The notes under the pieces are model-generated. The model saw only the letters and a list, made by a program, of their open reading frames with translations. It was not told the origin of the DNA and ran no database searches. Source: Cypionkella sp. (GTDB lineage Bacteria; Pseudomonadota; Alphaproteobacteria; Rhodobacterales; Rhodobacteraceae). From it: a DNA stretch of 64,000 nucleotides. A program made the position numbers and the translations under genes. The stretch covers positions 1,026-65,025 of the forward strand of contig JANPLZ010000056.1 of assembly GCA_031422555.1 (NCBI GenBank), given 5' to 3'. Shown here in pieces: positions 9,910 through 20,189 of this stretch. How positions within the stretch are numbered: position 1 is the first letter of the stretch; every line of letters starts with the position of its first letter.

Positions 9910-11382
9910 ATGACCCTGAACGCCACCACCCCGGTTGATTTATCAGATGCGCTTGCCCTGCCTGCCTATGACCGCGCTGCGTTGCGTGCAGGCATCGTGC
10001 ATATCGGGGTGGGCAATTTTCACCGCGCGCATCAGGCGGTGTATCTGGATGATCTGTTCGCGCTGGGCTTGGGGCATGAATGGGCGATCCTTGGGGCAGG
10101 GGTGCGGGCGGGCGATGCGCGGATGCGCGATGCTTTGGCAGCACAAGACAATTTGTCCACGGTGATCGAATTGGAACCGGGGCATCCATCAGCGCGGCGC
10201 ATCGGGGCGATGATCGGGTTTGTGCCGGTGCAGGCCGACAACGCCGCCCTGATCGCCGCCATGGCTGATCCCGCCATTCGTATTGTGTCGCTGACGGTGA
10301 CCGAAGGCGGCTATTACATCAACGCAGCCACCGCGGCCTTTGATGCAGACCATCCCGATATCGTCGCCGACGGTGCCAACCCCACCCGGCCGGGCACGGC
10401 ATTCGGGGCGATGATTGCGGCGCTGAAACTGCGGCATGCGGCGGGCATCGCCGCCTTTACCGTGATGTCTTGCGACAACCTGCCCGGCAATGGCCATGTC
10501 ACCCGCGCCGCAGTGTTGGGGTTGGCACGGCTGTCGGACCCGGGTTTCGCCGATTGGATTGCCGCCAACGTGGCCTTTCCCAATGGCATGGTTGACCGTA
10601 TCACCCCCGCCACCGGCTCGCGAGAACGCGCCCTTGCCGCGCAGTTTGGCCTGTCCGATCCGGTGCCGGTGACCTGCGAGCCGTTCCGCCAATGGGTGCT
10701 GGAGGATCATTTTCCCGCAGGCCGTCCGGCGCTGGAAAAGGTCGGCGTGACCTTTACCGATGACGTTCATGGCTATGAGGCAATGAAAATCCGTATGCTG
10801 AACGGCGGCCATGCGATCATCGCTTATCCGTCTGCGCTGATGGATCTGACGTTGGTGCATCAGGCGATGGCCGATCCGTTGATCAAGGCATTTCTTGAAA
10901 CGGTAGAGCAGAGCGAGATTATCCCCCATGTGGCTCCAGTGCCCGGTGCCAGCCCGCAAGACTATCTTGATCTGATCGTCGCGCGCTTTTCCAACCCCGA
11001 AATCGGGGATACCACGGCGCGGCTGTGTCTGGATGGATCTAACCGGCAACCAAAATTCATCATTCCATCCCTTCGCGACGCTTTGGCCAGCGGGGCTTCG
11101 GGCGACGGGTTGTTGCTGTTGTCGGCGTTCTGGTGCCGCTATTGCGCGGGGACGACTGACAGTGGCGTTGAAATTGCCGCCAATGATCCCGATTGGAACG
11201 CTTTGCAGGCCTGCGCCAAAGCCGCGCGGAGCGATCCGCGGAAATGGCTGGGCATGACGCATATTTACGGCGATCTGGGCCAGAACGGCGCCGTGGTCGC
11301 CCGCTTTGCCGCCCATCTGGAGGCGATCTGGGCCGATGGCACCAAAGCCGTGTTGCAACGGTTTTTGGGCCTGCCCGGCTAA
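9910..11382 (+). CDS. mtlK: Mannitol 2-dehydrogenase (long-chain mannitol dehydrogenase family)
   Basis: 490 aa. 'GIVHIGVGNFHRAHQAVYLDDL' is the N-terminal NAD-binding signature of the family. It starts 2 nt after the smoS stop. Confidence 0.85.
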   Translation: MTLNATTPVDLSDALALPAYDRAALRAGIVHIGVGNFHRAHQAVYLDDLFALGLGHEWAILGAGVRAGDARMRDALAAQDNLSTVIELEPGHPSARRIGAMIGFVPVQADNAALIAAMADPAIRIVSLTVTEGGYYINAATAAFDADHPDIVADGANPTRPGTAFGAMIAALKLRHAAGIAAFTVMSCDNLPGNGHVTRAAVLGLARLSDPGFADWIAANVAFPNGMVDRITPATGSRERALAAQFGLSDPVPVTCEPFRQWVLEDHFPAGRPALEKVGVTFTDDVHGYEAMKIRMLNGGHAIIAYPSALMDLTLVHQAMADPLIKAFLETVEQSEIIPHVAPVPGASPQDYLDLIVARFSNPEIGDTTARLCLDGSNRQPKFIIPSLRDALASGASGDGLLLLSAFWCRYCAGTTDSGVEIAANDPDWNALQACAKAARSDPRKWLGMTHIYGDLGQNGAVVARFAAHLEAIWADGTKAVLQRFLGLPG

Positions 11383-11428
11383 GGCGCGCCTGCCGCGCCG
11401 TGTGGTTCAGCCAACGATCTGCCGTTTG

Positions 11429-11456
11429 CCGCCCCGGGGCATCCGGCGGCGGTTTT
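11429..11456 (+). terminator. Candidate intrinsic terminator of the polyol operon
   Basis: GC-rich stem (about 9 bp with one bulge) CCGCCCCGG / CCGGCGGCGG, with a 5-nt loop, followed by TTTT. It lies about 50 nt after the mtlK stop. Confidence 0.4.
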
Positions 11457-11590
11457 GGTGAAAAATTCAGCGCCACGCCGCCCCCATCCCTTGCGCCGCG
11501 GTCAATCCGGTGGCACTGACAGGCCCAGCAATATCCCCGACATTCAGGGCAGACGACGGGCAGCCGTCGCGGCCTGCAGAAAGGACCAAC

Positions 11591-12595
11591 ATGACAGTCA
11601 GATTTGGGCTTTTGGGCGCTGGGCGCATTGGCCGTGTGCATGCCAAGGCAATTTCGGGCGATGCCAATGCCCGGCTTGTGGCCGTGGCCGACGCCTTTCC
11701 GGATGCGGCGCTGGCGATTGGCGCGCAATACGGTTGCGATATCCGCAGCATTGACGCGATCCTGACCGCCACCGATATTGACGCGGTGGTGATCTGCACC
11801 CCCACCGACACCCACGCCGACCTGATCGAGGCTTTTGCGCGGGCGGGCAAGGCGATTTTCTGTGAAAAGCCGATTGATCTGTCGCTGGCACGGGTCAAAT
11901 CCTGCCTGCAGGTGGTGCGTGACACCGGGGCGGTGTTGATGGTGGGCTTTAACCGCCGCTTTGATCCGCATTTCGTCGCGGTGCGCGCAGCCATTGATGC
12001 GGGCGCGATTGGCGCTGTGGAAATGGTCACCATCACCTCGCGCGATCCGGGTGCGCCGCCGGTGGATTATATCGCACGCTCGGGCGGAATTTTCCGCGAT
12101 ATGACGGTGCATGATTTTGATATGGCGCGGTTTTTGCTGGGCGAAGAGATTGCCGAGGTTTCTGCCATGGCGGCGGTGCTGACCGATCCCGCAATCGGGC
12201 GGGCAGGGGATTTTGACAGCGTTCAGGTGATGCTGAAAACCGCGACGGGCAAGCAGGCGATGATTTCAAACTCGCGTCGGGCGGCTTACGGCTATGATCA
12301 GCGCATCGAAGTGCATGGGTCTTTGGGGGCGGTCACGGCGGAAAACCAACGCCCGGTGATGATCGAAGTGGCCACCGCCGCCGGATACACCCGCCCGCCG
12401 CTGCATGATTTCTTCATGACCCGCTATACCGAAGCCTATGCTGCCGAAATCGCCGCCTTTATCGCGGCTTTGGGCGGGGCAGGGGCGGCGTCGCCGTCGG
12501 GTATTGATGGTATGGCGGCGCTGGCGTTGGCCGAAGCTGCGTTGAAATCGGTGGCCGAGGGCCGCATGGTAACCGTGGCCGAGGTGATGGCATAA
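11591..12595 (+). CDS. Gfo/Idh/MocA family oxidoreductase, inositol 2-dehydrogenase-like
   Basis: ATG at 11591 after GAAAGGA. 'VRFGLLGAGRIGRVHA' Rossmann motif and the 'AIFCEKPI' (EKP) motif. Confidence 0.75.
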   Translation: MTVRFGLLGAGRIGRVHAKAISGDANARLVAVADAFPDAALAIGAQYGCDIRSIDAILTATDIDAVVICTPTDTHADLIEAFARAGKAIFCEKPIDLSLARVKSCLQVVRDTGAVLMVGFNRRFDPHFVAVRAAIDAGAIGAVEMVTITSRDPGAPPVDYIARSGGIFRDMTVHDFDMARFLLGEEIAEVSAMAAVLTDPAIGRAGDFDSVQVMLKTATGKQAMISNSRRAAYGYDQRIEVHGSLGAVTAENQRPVMIEVATAAGYTRPPLHDFFMTRYTEAYAAEIAAFIAALGGAGAASPSGIDGMAALALAEAALKSVAEGRMVTVAEVMA

Positions 12596-12664
12596 CCTGC
12601 GGGCACCGGCGCGCCTGCCGATGGCGGCGTTGATTATGCCCGCGCTGCCCGTTAGCATTTGGCG

Positions 12665-13123
12665 ATGATCACGCAGAAAATGAAATACGCGCTGAAGGCG
12701 CTGTTGGTCCTCGCGGATGAGGCGGCAATGCCGCGGCCCCAGCCGTTGACCATCGAAGCCATCGCCAAACGCTCGGATGCGCCAAAACGGTTTCTGGAGC
12801 ACATTCTGCTGGATTTGCGCAACGCTGGCATCATCGCGTCAACGCGTGGGCGGATGGGGGGGTATGCTTTGGTGCAGGCCCCGTCCGAAGTGTCTATTTC
12901 GGAATTGCTGCGGCTGATTGATGGGCCAATCGCACCGCTGCCCTGTTTGTCGCGCTCGGCCTATCAGCGCTGTGACGATTGCACCGATGAGAAAACCTGC
13001 CGCATCCGCAGGGTGTTTGCCGATGTTTTCTGGACTTATCTGGTGATCATCGACTCGCTGACGCTGGCGGATATGTTGCAATCAGGTGCCGCGGCCGATC
13101 AGGTGTTGGGCAAGGCGGGCTAG
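12665..13123 (+). CDS. Rrf2 family transcriptional regulator
   Basis: 'MITQKMKYALKALLVLA' is a typical Rrf2 N-terminus. The winged HTH is 'IEAIAKRSDAPKRFLEHILLDLRNAGI'. Cys residues (C..C..C) in the C-terminal half could ligate an Fe-S cluster. Confidence 0.8.
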   Translation: MITQKMKYALKALLVLADEAAMPRPQPLTIEAIAKRSDAPKRFLEHILLDLRNAGIIASTRGRMGGYALVQAPSEVSISELLRLIDGPIAPLPCLSRSAYQRCDDCTDEKTCRIRRVFADVFWTYLVIIDSLTLADMLQSGAAADQVLGKAG

Positions 13124-13140
13124 GCTGGCAGATCCCGGCA

Positions 13141-13222
13141 ATTTGACTAAAATTTGCTTCATCTGTTCAAAAATATCCCACGGGGTAGCGGCAATTGCCG
13201 CAAGGGGTGTGAAACCCCTGCT
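13141..13222 (+). repeat. Intergenic repeat family 1, copy A (AT-rich head plus two GC hairpins)
   Basis: ATTTGACTAAAATTTGCTTCATCTGTTCAAAAATATCCCACGGGGTAGCGGCAATTGCCGCAAGGGGTGTGAAACCCCTGC. It shares head and hairpins with 25451-25548 and the head with 42775-42823 and 29545-29590. Confidence 0.6.
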
Positions 13223-13254
13223 GTCTTGCAACGCAACCCCCGCCGCAAGCCCGG

Positions 13255-15342
13255 TTATGGCAACAGCGACGGCAGCGTCATCAGCCCGGCAATCTCGCGC
13301 CGGAACGGCAACGCATCGCCTGCATCGGCGGCGTCAAGGTCTTCGGCGAACCGCCTGCCAGCATAGGTGGCCCAGGCAATCGGGCCGGGGGCTGCGGCAT
13401 CGCCGATCAGGGCCACCGATTGCAGGCCCGCAGCGTTCCAATCGTTGCGCCGCGCCATAACGGCATGATAAAGCGTGTCATCAGGCATCCGCGATGTGAC
13501 CATCACCACCGCATCACAGGCCAGTTGCGATGTCTGCCCGGTCCATTTGCAGCCCAAGGTCACATGGTCTGCGCCCACGGCTTCGGAGGCTTTTGACAGA
13601 TGCAGGCGCACCCCCAACCCCAGCAGCCTGCGCATGATGCTGGCCTGTTCCAGCGTGTTGACCGTCCATTCCGCCACTTTCACCGCCGGGGTGACAAACT
13701 CAACCATGCAGCCGCGCGCCACCAAAGCCTCGGCGATAACCGAGCCCATGTAGTAATGATCATCATCATAGATCACCACGCGGCCCTGCGTTGGCCCGCC
13801 GCCTGCCATCACGTCGTCAGGCGTGAACAGCGGCATCGCGGGATCGCTGGGGATCGGGGCCAGATGCAGCCGCGCCACCGCATCACGCCGCCAGTGCGAT
13901 CCGGTGGCAATCGCCACGGCTTGCGCGCCCATCGCCAGAACATCCTCGGCCGTCATCCGGCTGTCGCGGTAGATCTGCGCATTGGCCATCGGTGCCAGTT
14001 GACCCACCCGGTAATCGGCCACCCGGCCCCAGGCCTGCAGGCCCGGCAAGCGGCGTTCGCGCGCAACGCGCCCCCCCAACGTGCCGCCAGCCTCGGCCAG
14101 TGTCACGCTATAGCCGCGCTTGGCTGCCGCCAATGCCGCCTCAAGGCCCGCCGGCCCCGCGCCCACCACCAGCACCGTCTCTGTGCGGCCTTTGGCGCGC
14201 GCCCGTTCGGGGTGCCAGCCTTTGCGCCATTCCTCCATAAAGGCGGTGTTCTGGGTGCAGCGCGAAATCGCCCCGGTCATATCGCCCGACACGCAGATGT
14301 TGCAGCCGATGCATTCGCGGATGTCGCCCTCGCGGCCTTCGGCGATCTTGTTGGGCAAATAGGGATCGGCAATCGACGGGCGGGCCGCCCCGATGAAATC
14401 CAAGAGCCCCGAGGTGATCTGGCGCACCATCTCGTCCGGCCCGGTAAACCGCCCCACACCGACCACGGGTTTTGTGGTTAGCGTCTTGATGCCGCGCACC
14501 AGATCCTGCTGGGCCGCCTCGGGCACAAAGCGTGAGGTGCCCGAACATTGCTCCCACGTGCCATGCGCCAAATCCCAGATATCGGGCAGATCGGCGTGCA
14601 TTTCGATGAAGTCGCGCACCTCGGCATTGGAAAATCCCTGCGCCCCCGCCTCGTGCAGCGACAGGCGCAGCGATATCGCCATCTCACCTTTGGTTTCATC
14701 CCGCGCATCCGCCACCACTTCGCGCAAAAACCGGGCGCGGTTTTCCAACGGGCCACCGTATTCATCGCTGCGGTGATTGGTGGCGCGGCTCAGGAAATGT
14801 TGCAAAATCCCGAAGCCATGCGCGCCGTATAGGCAGATGATATCAAACCCCGCGGCCTGCGCGCGCCGAAAAGCACTTCGAAACCAGCGGCGCAGATTGG
14901 CGATGTCGGCGCGGTCCATGGTGCGCGCCTGCACCGGATCGGATGTAAAGGTCAGGATCGGGCCACCAGACACCGCAAGCGGCACTTCGCGCGAGTAAAG
15001 ATTGGGGCCATTGATGCCGGAATAGGCCAGTTGAATCCCCGCCAGCGCGCCATAACTTTTCATCGCTTCTGCCATACGGGCAAGGGCGGGGATATCGCGG
15101 TCATCCCACAGATGTTGTTCGATGAAGGGGGTGATTTCGCTGCTGGGATGAATCTCGGTTTGCTCGGTAAAGATCACCCCCCAACCGCCCTCGGCTTTGG
15201 TGCGGCGCATCTCGGCCACAGCGCTGGGGTCGCGGTAGCCGCCGCCGTTGCAATGCGGCACCTGGTAAAACCGGTTCTTGGCGGTTTTTGGCCCGATCTT
15301 CACCGGGTCGAACAAGATGTCATAGCGGGGGTCGCGCGCCAC
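13255..15342 (-). CDS. Trimethylamine/dimethylamine/histamine dehydrogenase family flavoprotein (FMN + 4Fe-4S + ADP-binding domain)
   Basis: 'ARDPRYDILFDPVKIGPKTAKNRFYQVPHCNGGG' parallels the TMADH N-terminus, including the Cys that carries 6-S-cysteinyl-FMN. 'CIGCNICVSGDMTGAISRC' is the 4Fe-4S Cys cluster. 'VLVVGAGPAGLEAA' is the dinucleotide fold. Start is ambiguous: a GTG at 15342 lies 1 nt after the upstream stop (TGAcGTG), while an ATG at 15393 would overlap the upstream gene by 50 nt. Confidence 0.8.
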   Translation of the reverse strand: MARDPRYDILFDPVKIGPKTAKNRFYQVPHCNGGGYRDPSAVAEMRRTKAEGGWGVIFTEQTEIHPSSEITPFIEQHLWDDRDIPALARMAEAMKSYGALAGIQLAYSGINGPNLYSREVPLAVSGGPILTFTSDPVQARTMDRADIANLRRWFRSAFRRAQAAGFDIICLYGAHGFGILQHFLSRATNHRSDEYGGPLENRARFLREVVADARDETKGEMAISLRLSLHEAGAQGFSNAEVRDFIEMHADLPDIWDLAHGTWEQCSGTSRFVPEAAQQDLVRGIKTLTTKPVVGVGRFTGPDEMVRQITSGLLDFIGAARPSIADPYLPNKIAEGREGDIRECIGCNICVSGDMTGAISRCTQNTAFMEEWRKGWHPERARAKGRTETVLVVGAGPAGLEAALAAAKRGYSVTLAEAGGTLGGRVARERRLPGLQAWGRVADYRVGQLAPMANAQIYRDSRMTAEDVLAMGAQAVAIATGSHWRRDAVARLHLAPIPSDPAMPLFTPDDVMAGGGPTQGRVVIYDDDHYYMGSVIAEALVARGCMVEFVTPAVKVAEWTVNTLEQASIMRRLLGLGVRLHLSKASEAVGADHVTLGCKWTGQTSQLACDAVVMVTSRMPDDTLYHAVMARRNDWNAAGLQSVALIGDAAAPGPIAWATYAGRRFAEDLDAADAGDALPFRREIAGLMTLPSLLP

Positions 15343-15343
15343 G

Positions 15344-16099
15344 TCAGATCGCCCGGAAATCAGTGGCCTGGGTTGACACAAGGCCCGGATCAACCGCCGG
15401 GATATCGGCGATCAGCAAGGCCGGGTGGCGGCCGGCCTGCGCCAGCACCTCGCCGTGCGGGCCGGTGATCAGCGAATTGCCGGTATAGGTCAGATTGCCC
15501 TCGGTGCCGCAGTAGTTGGCATAGGCAATCACCATGCCGTAATTGGCGGCCATCGCAGGCACGGTCACCGCCGCCACATGGGTAAAGGGCTGCATATTGG
15601 CGGTGGGCACAAGGATGATCCGCACCCCCATCGCCGCCAGTGCCGCAATATGGGGGGCAAACTCAACGTCATAGCAGATCAGGATGGCGGCTTTGGTGCC
15701 CAGCAGATCAAAGGTGGTATAGGCGTTGCCGGGGCGGTAAAGGGCGGCTTCGCGCGCGCCATAAAGCTGGATCTTGTGGTAATGCGCAATCTGGGTGCCG
15801 CTTGCGTCAAAGGCCACGGCGGCGTTGTGAACGGTGTTGCCCGCCCGCTCGGCATAGCCCAGCACCAGACCACAGCCTGCCGCGCGGCACAGGCCCGCCA
15901 GCCGGTTGTGCCATTCGCCCGCCTGACTTTGGGCAAGGTCGGCGATCTGGTCATGGTTATAGCCCGGCAAATAGGTCTCTGGGGCCACCAAAGTGGCTGC
16001 CCCGGCCGCCCCGGCCGCCATCAGGGCGCGGCCAAGATCGCCAAAGGCGCGTTCGGTATCGCCACCGGGCGACGGGGTTTGCAAAACGGCTATTTTCAT
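15344..16099 (-). CDS. Carbon-nitrogen hydrolase (nitrilase superfamily amidase)
   Basis: From the ATG at 16099: MKIAVLQTPSP... The Glu-Lys-Cys triad contexts are 'LVAPETYLPGY', 'HYHKIQLY' and 'ILICYDVEFAP'. Confidence 0.8.
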   Translation of the reverse strand: MKIAVLQTPSPGGDTERAFGDLGRALMAAGAAGAATLVAPETYLPGYNHDQIADLAQSQAGEWHNRLAGLCRAAGCGLVLGYAERAGNTVHNAAVAFDASGTQIAHYHKIQLYGAREAALYRPGNAYTTFDLLGTKAAILICYDVEFAPHIAALAAMGVRIILVPTANMQPFTHVAAVTVPAMAANYGMVIAYANYCGTEGNLTYTGNSLITGPHGEVLAQAGRHPALLIADIPAVDPGLVSTQATDFRAI

Positions 16100-16257
16100 C
16101 GCGGGCACCGCGGCCGGTATGGGCGGGGACACAAACCCCGGACCATAAGGCCGCCACCGCAAGATGTTTGGCCAAGGGTTTGGCCGCGCTCAACGCTCAT
16201 CAGATCACCTTGTGTGAACGGCCCGCACCTTTATCCGGCGCGGGCCATTGGGGGAAG

Positions 16258-17283
16258 TTACTTTTTCAAATTGACCCAGATCGCATCATACAGCTTTTGG
16301 GTTTCCTGATCGCACGCCATGGTAAAGCTGCCGACCGTTGCCGTGGCCGGCGGGTTGTTTTCCGGGCTGTTCTTGATCGCGTCATCAAGGAAAGGCTCTA
16401 CCCCCGCAACACCCGACGTATAGGCCGCATAGTTCGTCACTGCGGCGGCATTTTCCGGCACCAGCAAGAAGTTCATGAATTTCAACGCATTTTCACGGTT
16501 GGGGGCGTCTTTCAGCAAGACCACGTTGTCCATCCACATCACATGGCCTTCGGTGGGATAGACGTATTCAACATTTGCCCCCTCGGCGCGGGCCTTGGCG
16601 GAAAATCCGTTGAAAATCATACCCGCCGCCGCATCGCCCGATACCAGCACGTCTTTGGCCGTGTCAGACCCGAACGATGCCCAACTGGGCTTGGCGGCCA
16701 AAAGCATATCGTTCAACGCCTTCAGTTGGGCGCGGTCGGTCGTGCATTGCGGGATACCAAGATAAAGTGAGCCAAGCACCAGCACTTCGCCTTGGCTGTC
16801 CAGCACGTTTATCTTGCCCTTCAATTCCTCGGGCGGGTTGAAGATGATCGCCAGACTTGAAATATCGCCCTTGTAAACATCGCGGTTCACCGCAAAAGCG
16901 GTTGATCCCCACTGATAGGGAATCGAATGGGTGCGGCCTTTGTCAAAGGGCACGTCCAGCCACTGCGGGGCGATATTGCCAAGGTTTGACATCTCGGCAG
17001 GGGTAAAGCTGTCAAGCATCCCGTCTGCCAACATGATGCTGACAGTGGAATCCGACGGAACCGCCACGTCGTATTGGCCCAGCTTGCCAGCCTTCAGGGC
17101 CGCCACAAGGGATTCGTTGCTGTCATAGGTATCAATCGTCACTTCGATGCCGGTTTCGGCCTCAAACTTGTCAACAAGGGCTTGCGGGATGTATTCAAAC
17201 CAGTGGTAGACAGACAGTTTGCCTTCGGCATGGGCGGCTGTGGCCATGATGGCAAAGGCGGCGGTGGATAAAAGCAGGCGCAT
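16258..17283 (-). CDS. ABC transporter substrate-binding protein, PotD/PotF (polyamine/amine) family
   Basis: Signal peptide MRLLLSTAAFAIMATAAHA. 'LSVYHWFEYIPQALVDKFEAETGIEV' is a typical PotD/PotF N-lobe. AGGAG RBS. Confidence 0.8.
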   Translation of the reverse strand: MRLLLSTAAFAIMATAAHAEGKLSVYHWFEYIPQALVDKFEAETGIEVTIDTYDSNESLVAALKAGKLGQYDVAVPSDSTVSIMLADGMLDSFTPAEMSNLGNIAPQWLDVPFDKGRTHSIPYQWGSTAFAVNRDVYKGDISSLAIIFNPPEELKGKINVLDSQGEVLVLGSLYLGIPQCTTDRAQLKALNDMLLAAKPSWASFGSDTAKDVLVSGDAAAGMIFNGFSAKARAEGANVEYVYPTEGHVMWMDNVVLLKDAPNRENALKFMNFLLVPENAAAVTNYAAYTSGVAGVEPFLDDAIKNSPENNPPATATVGSFTMACDQETQKLYDAIWVNLKK

Positions 17284-17293
17284 TTGGCAACTC

Positions 17294-18103
17294 CTATTGT
17301 TGGTTCAAGGGCTGTGCCCCCCGTTTGTTGATCAGATAAGACAGCGTAACAAAGACCACCGAAGCCACCAGCATCAGCGTGGATATCGCCATGATATTTG
17401 GCTTTATCCCGGTTTTGACCGCGCCGAAAATGGCAGTGGGCAGGGTTTCCATCCCGGCCCCTTTGACGAAATTGGTGATGATGAAATCGTCAAGGCTGAT
17501 GATAAACGCCAAAAGCGCACCCGAAATCACCCCCGGAGCCAGCAGCGGCAACAAGATCAGCCGGAACGCCTGCGCCCGGGTGGCATAAAGATCCCGGGCG
17601 GCTTGCTCATAGGTGGCCTCAATGCCGTGCAGGCGGGCCGAAATGGGCAGATAGGCAAAGGGGATGCAAAAGGTGATATGGGCGATCAGGATGGTCAAAT
17701 AGCCCGTGGTCAGCCCGATCACCGAGAAAAAGATCAGCGTCGCCACCGCCGTGACGATTTCCGGCACCAGCAGCGGCAGGTTGATCAGCGCGAACGTCGC
17801 CGATTTGCCGCGAAACTGCCCGCCCCGCAGCATGGCCACGGCGGCAGCCGTCGCAATGGCCGTGCTGACAATGGCAGCGATCAGGGCGATGGTGATCGAA
17901 TTCCACGCAGCATTGCCAAAACGCTGGGCCTCGGGGCCGGTGAATACCTGGCCATACCAATGCAGCGAAAACCCGCCCCAGGTGGTGATCGAGGTCGAGG
18001 CGTTGAAGCTGTAAATCGTGATCACCACCAAAGGCGCGTAAAGGATAAACAAACAGCCCAGCGTCAGCGCATAAAACCCCGGATAATAGCGCACGCCCTT
18101 CAT
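17294..18103 (-). CDS. ABC transporter permease (PotC-like)
   Basis: ATGA overlap with the upstream permease. Six TM stretches and EAA-like '[21 protein letters not shown]'. Confidence 0.8.
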   Translation of the reverse strand: MKGVRYYPGFYALTLGCLFILYAPLVVITIYSFNASTSITTWGGFSLHWYGQVFTGPEAQRFGNAAWNSITIALIAAIVSTAIATAAAVAMLRGGQFRGKSATFALINLPLLVPEIVTAVATLIFFSVIGLTTGYLTILIAHITFCIPFAYLPISARLHGIEATYEQAARDLYATRAQAFRLILLPLLAPGVISGALLAFIISLDDFIITNFVKGAGMETLPTAIFGAVKTGIKPNIMAISTLMLVASVVFVTLSYLINKRGAQPLNQQ

Positions 18104-19041
18104 CGGCTTGCATCCTTGGCGGCAACTCGGGCGTAAATCAGCAGCACGATCATCACCAGCGTCATCAGGATCATCGCCGTCGCTGCCCCAAAAGGCCAAT
18201 TTCCCAGACTGCCTTTGAATTGTTCCTCAATCAGACTGCCGATCATAAAGGTTTTGCCCCCTCCCAGCAGATCCGGGGCCAAAAACGCGCCCAGCGATGG
18301 CACAAACACCAGAATACACCCCGCAATCAAACCGGCGCGCACGTTTGGCAGCACAATTTCGCGCAGCACCACCCAGCGCGGCGCGTATAGATCGGACGCA
18401 GCTTCGGACAGGGTAAAGTTATAGCGTTCAACGGCGGCATAGATCGGCAACACCATGAACGGCAGATAGCTGTAAAACAGCCCCAGCATAACGGCGGCAT
18501 TGGTGTTGATCATGGTCAGCGGTGCGTCGATGACGCCAATGGCCAGCATCGCCTCGTTCAAGGGGCCGTTGTCGCGGATCAGAAACTTCAACGATACCGT
18601 GCGGATCAGCAGATTCACCCAATAAGGGATGGTGATCGCAAACAGCCACAGGCTGCGGCTGGCCGGGGATCTGGCGGCGATAAACCACGCGGTCGGAAAG
18701 CCGATGATCAGGCATAACAGCGTCGCCAGTGCCGCCTGCCAGATTGAACGCCAGAAGATCGCAATATACGTCCATTCGATCTGCGGCGGCTCGTCGCCGA
18801 ACAGGCCACGGGTGACGAAAAACTGATCATAGGCGGCAAGGCTGAACTGCCAGTCAACGCCGCCGCGAAATTCCTTGGTCAAAAAGGAATACAGCAGCAT
18901 CAACAGCACCGGCAGCACCAAAAACACGCCGATGACGCCCCAGGTGGGCGCCAAAAGCGGGGCAAGGATGCTGCGATACCCGGTGGTATCGCCGCCAGTG
19001 TCGGCACCAGTGTTTGGCGGTTGGGGGGCTATACCGGCCAT
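18100..19041 (-). CDS. ABC transporter permease (PotB-like)
   Basis: TM-rich, with EAA-like '[21 protein letters not shown]'. The start overlaps the potA-like stop (TGATG). Confidence 0.8.
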   Translation of the reverse strand: MAGIAPQPPNTGADTGGDTTGYRSILAPLLAPTWGVIGVFLVLPVLLMLLYSFLTKEFRGGVDWQFSLAAYDQFFVTRGLFGDEPPQIEWTYIAIFWRSIWQAALATLLCLIIGFPTAWFIAARSPASRSLWLFAITIPYWVNLLIRTVSLKFLIRDNGPLNEAMLAIGVIDAPLTMINTNAAVMLGLFYSYLPFMVLPIYAAVERYNFTLSEAASDLYAPRWVVLREIVLPNVRAGLIAGCILVFVPSLGAFLAPDLLGGGKTFMIGSLIEEQFKGSLGNWPFGAATAMILMTLVMIVLLIYARVAAKDASR

Positions 19042-20111
19042 CAGTCGGCCACCAGGCGCGCAGCCCCTTCGTCCAGTTGCAAGCCCACCGTGTCACCGGG
19101 ATTTGGCACCGCGATGCGCGCCGAATTTTGCAGCCGCAGATGAAACGCCGCCCCGCCCGGCAAATGGGTGTGAATTTGCAGATCGGTGCCCAGATAAACC
19201 ACGCGGTCAACCACGGCTTGAATACCGCTGCCCGGGGCCACAAGGCTGATATGTTCGGGGCGGATCGACAGATGATGCGCGCCGGGCGTGGCAGTGGCGG
19301 CGGCGCTGGGCGCGGGGCAGGCAAGTGTCTGGCCCCCCGGCACCTGCACTTGCGCCACACCGCCTGTGACCGACAGCACCTGCACCGCCAGCAGATTGGT
19401 CTCACCGATGAAATCGGCCACAAAGCGGTTGGCGGGAGATTCGTAGATATCGCGCGGGCTGCCGGTTTGCTGGATGCGCCCCGCGCTCATCACCGCGATG
19501 CGGTCTGACATGGTCAGGGCTTCTTCCTGATCATGGGTCACAAAGATAAAGGTGATGCCGGTGTCGCGTTGCAACTGTTTCAACTCGACCCGCATCGCCT
19601 GACGCAGTTTCAGATCCAGCGCCGACAACGGCTCGTCCAGCAGCAACACTTTGGGGGCCGGGGCCAAGGCGCGGGCAAGGGCTACGCGCTGTTGCTGACC
19701 GCCCGACAGTTGCGCGGGCATCCGGGCGGCAAAATCGGACAGATGCACCATGTCCAGCATCTGGGCTGCGCGTGCGCGCCGGGTCGGCACATCCTGCCCC
19801 TTCATCTTCAACCCGAACGCCACATTGTCCAGCACCGTCATATGCGGAAACAGCGCGTATTGTTGGAACACCGTATTGACCGGGCGCAAGTTCGGCTCCA
19901 GCGCCGCGATATTCTGGCCAAACAGCCTGATTTCGCCCGCTGTCACATCTTCAAACCCGGCAATCATCCGCAACAGCGTGGTCTTGCCACAGCCCGACGG
20001 GCCCAGCAGGGTAAAAAACTCATTGTCCGCAATCGACAGGGTGACACCGTGCAGCGCCGTTATGCTGCCATAGCGTTTGACGGCCTGATCAATTTCGACT
20101 GCGGCTTGCAC
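19041..20111 (-). CDS. ABC transporter ATP-binding protein (PotA-like)
   Basis: Walker A 'GPSGCGKTT', signature '[14 protein letters not shown]', Walker B '[11 protein letters not shown]'. GTG start at 20111. Confidence 0.85.
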   Translation of the reverse strand: MQAAVEIDQAVKRYGSITALHGVTLSIADNEFFTLLGPSGCGKTTLLRMIAGFEDVTAGEIRLFGQNIAALEPNLRPVNTVFQQYALFPHMTVLDNVAFGLKMKGQDVPTRRARAAQMLDMVHLSDFAARMPAQLSGGQQQRVALARALAPAPKVLLLDEPLSALDLKLRQAMRVELKQLQRDTGITFIFVTHDQEEALTMSDRIAVMSAGRIQQTGSPRDIYESPANRFVADFIGETNLLAVQVLSVTGGVAQVQVPGGQTLACPAPSAAATATPGAHHLSIRPEHISLVAPGSGIQAVVDRVVYLGTDLQIHTHLPGGAAFHLRLQNSARIAVPNPGDTVGLQLDEGAARLVAD

Positions 20112-20189
20112 GAAAATTATACCCCCGGATTGGCTGTGAATACGCTATGCTGGTCAGATCGGGGGGTATATACCCCTAGAGAGGTATTC

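Noticed and set aside
19533-20189. N-terminal 219 codons of the 483-aa ORF 19533-20984.
   Set aside because: This part is antisense to the potA-like ATPase gene and has shadow-ORF composition. The real LuxR-family gene starts at the ATG at 20190. Similar upstream extensions were trimmed for acuI, the C-N hydrolase, DUF1028, RidA, TetR, the Gfo/Idh/MocA gene, tpa, xsc, soeC, HMA-MauE, the YnjB/YnjC-like genes, the CDP-alcohol transferase, accB and preT.
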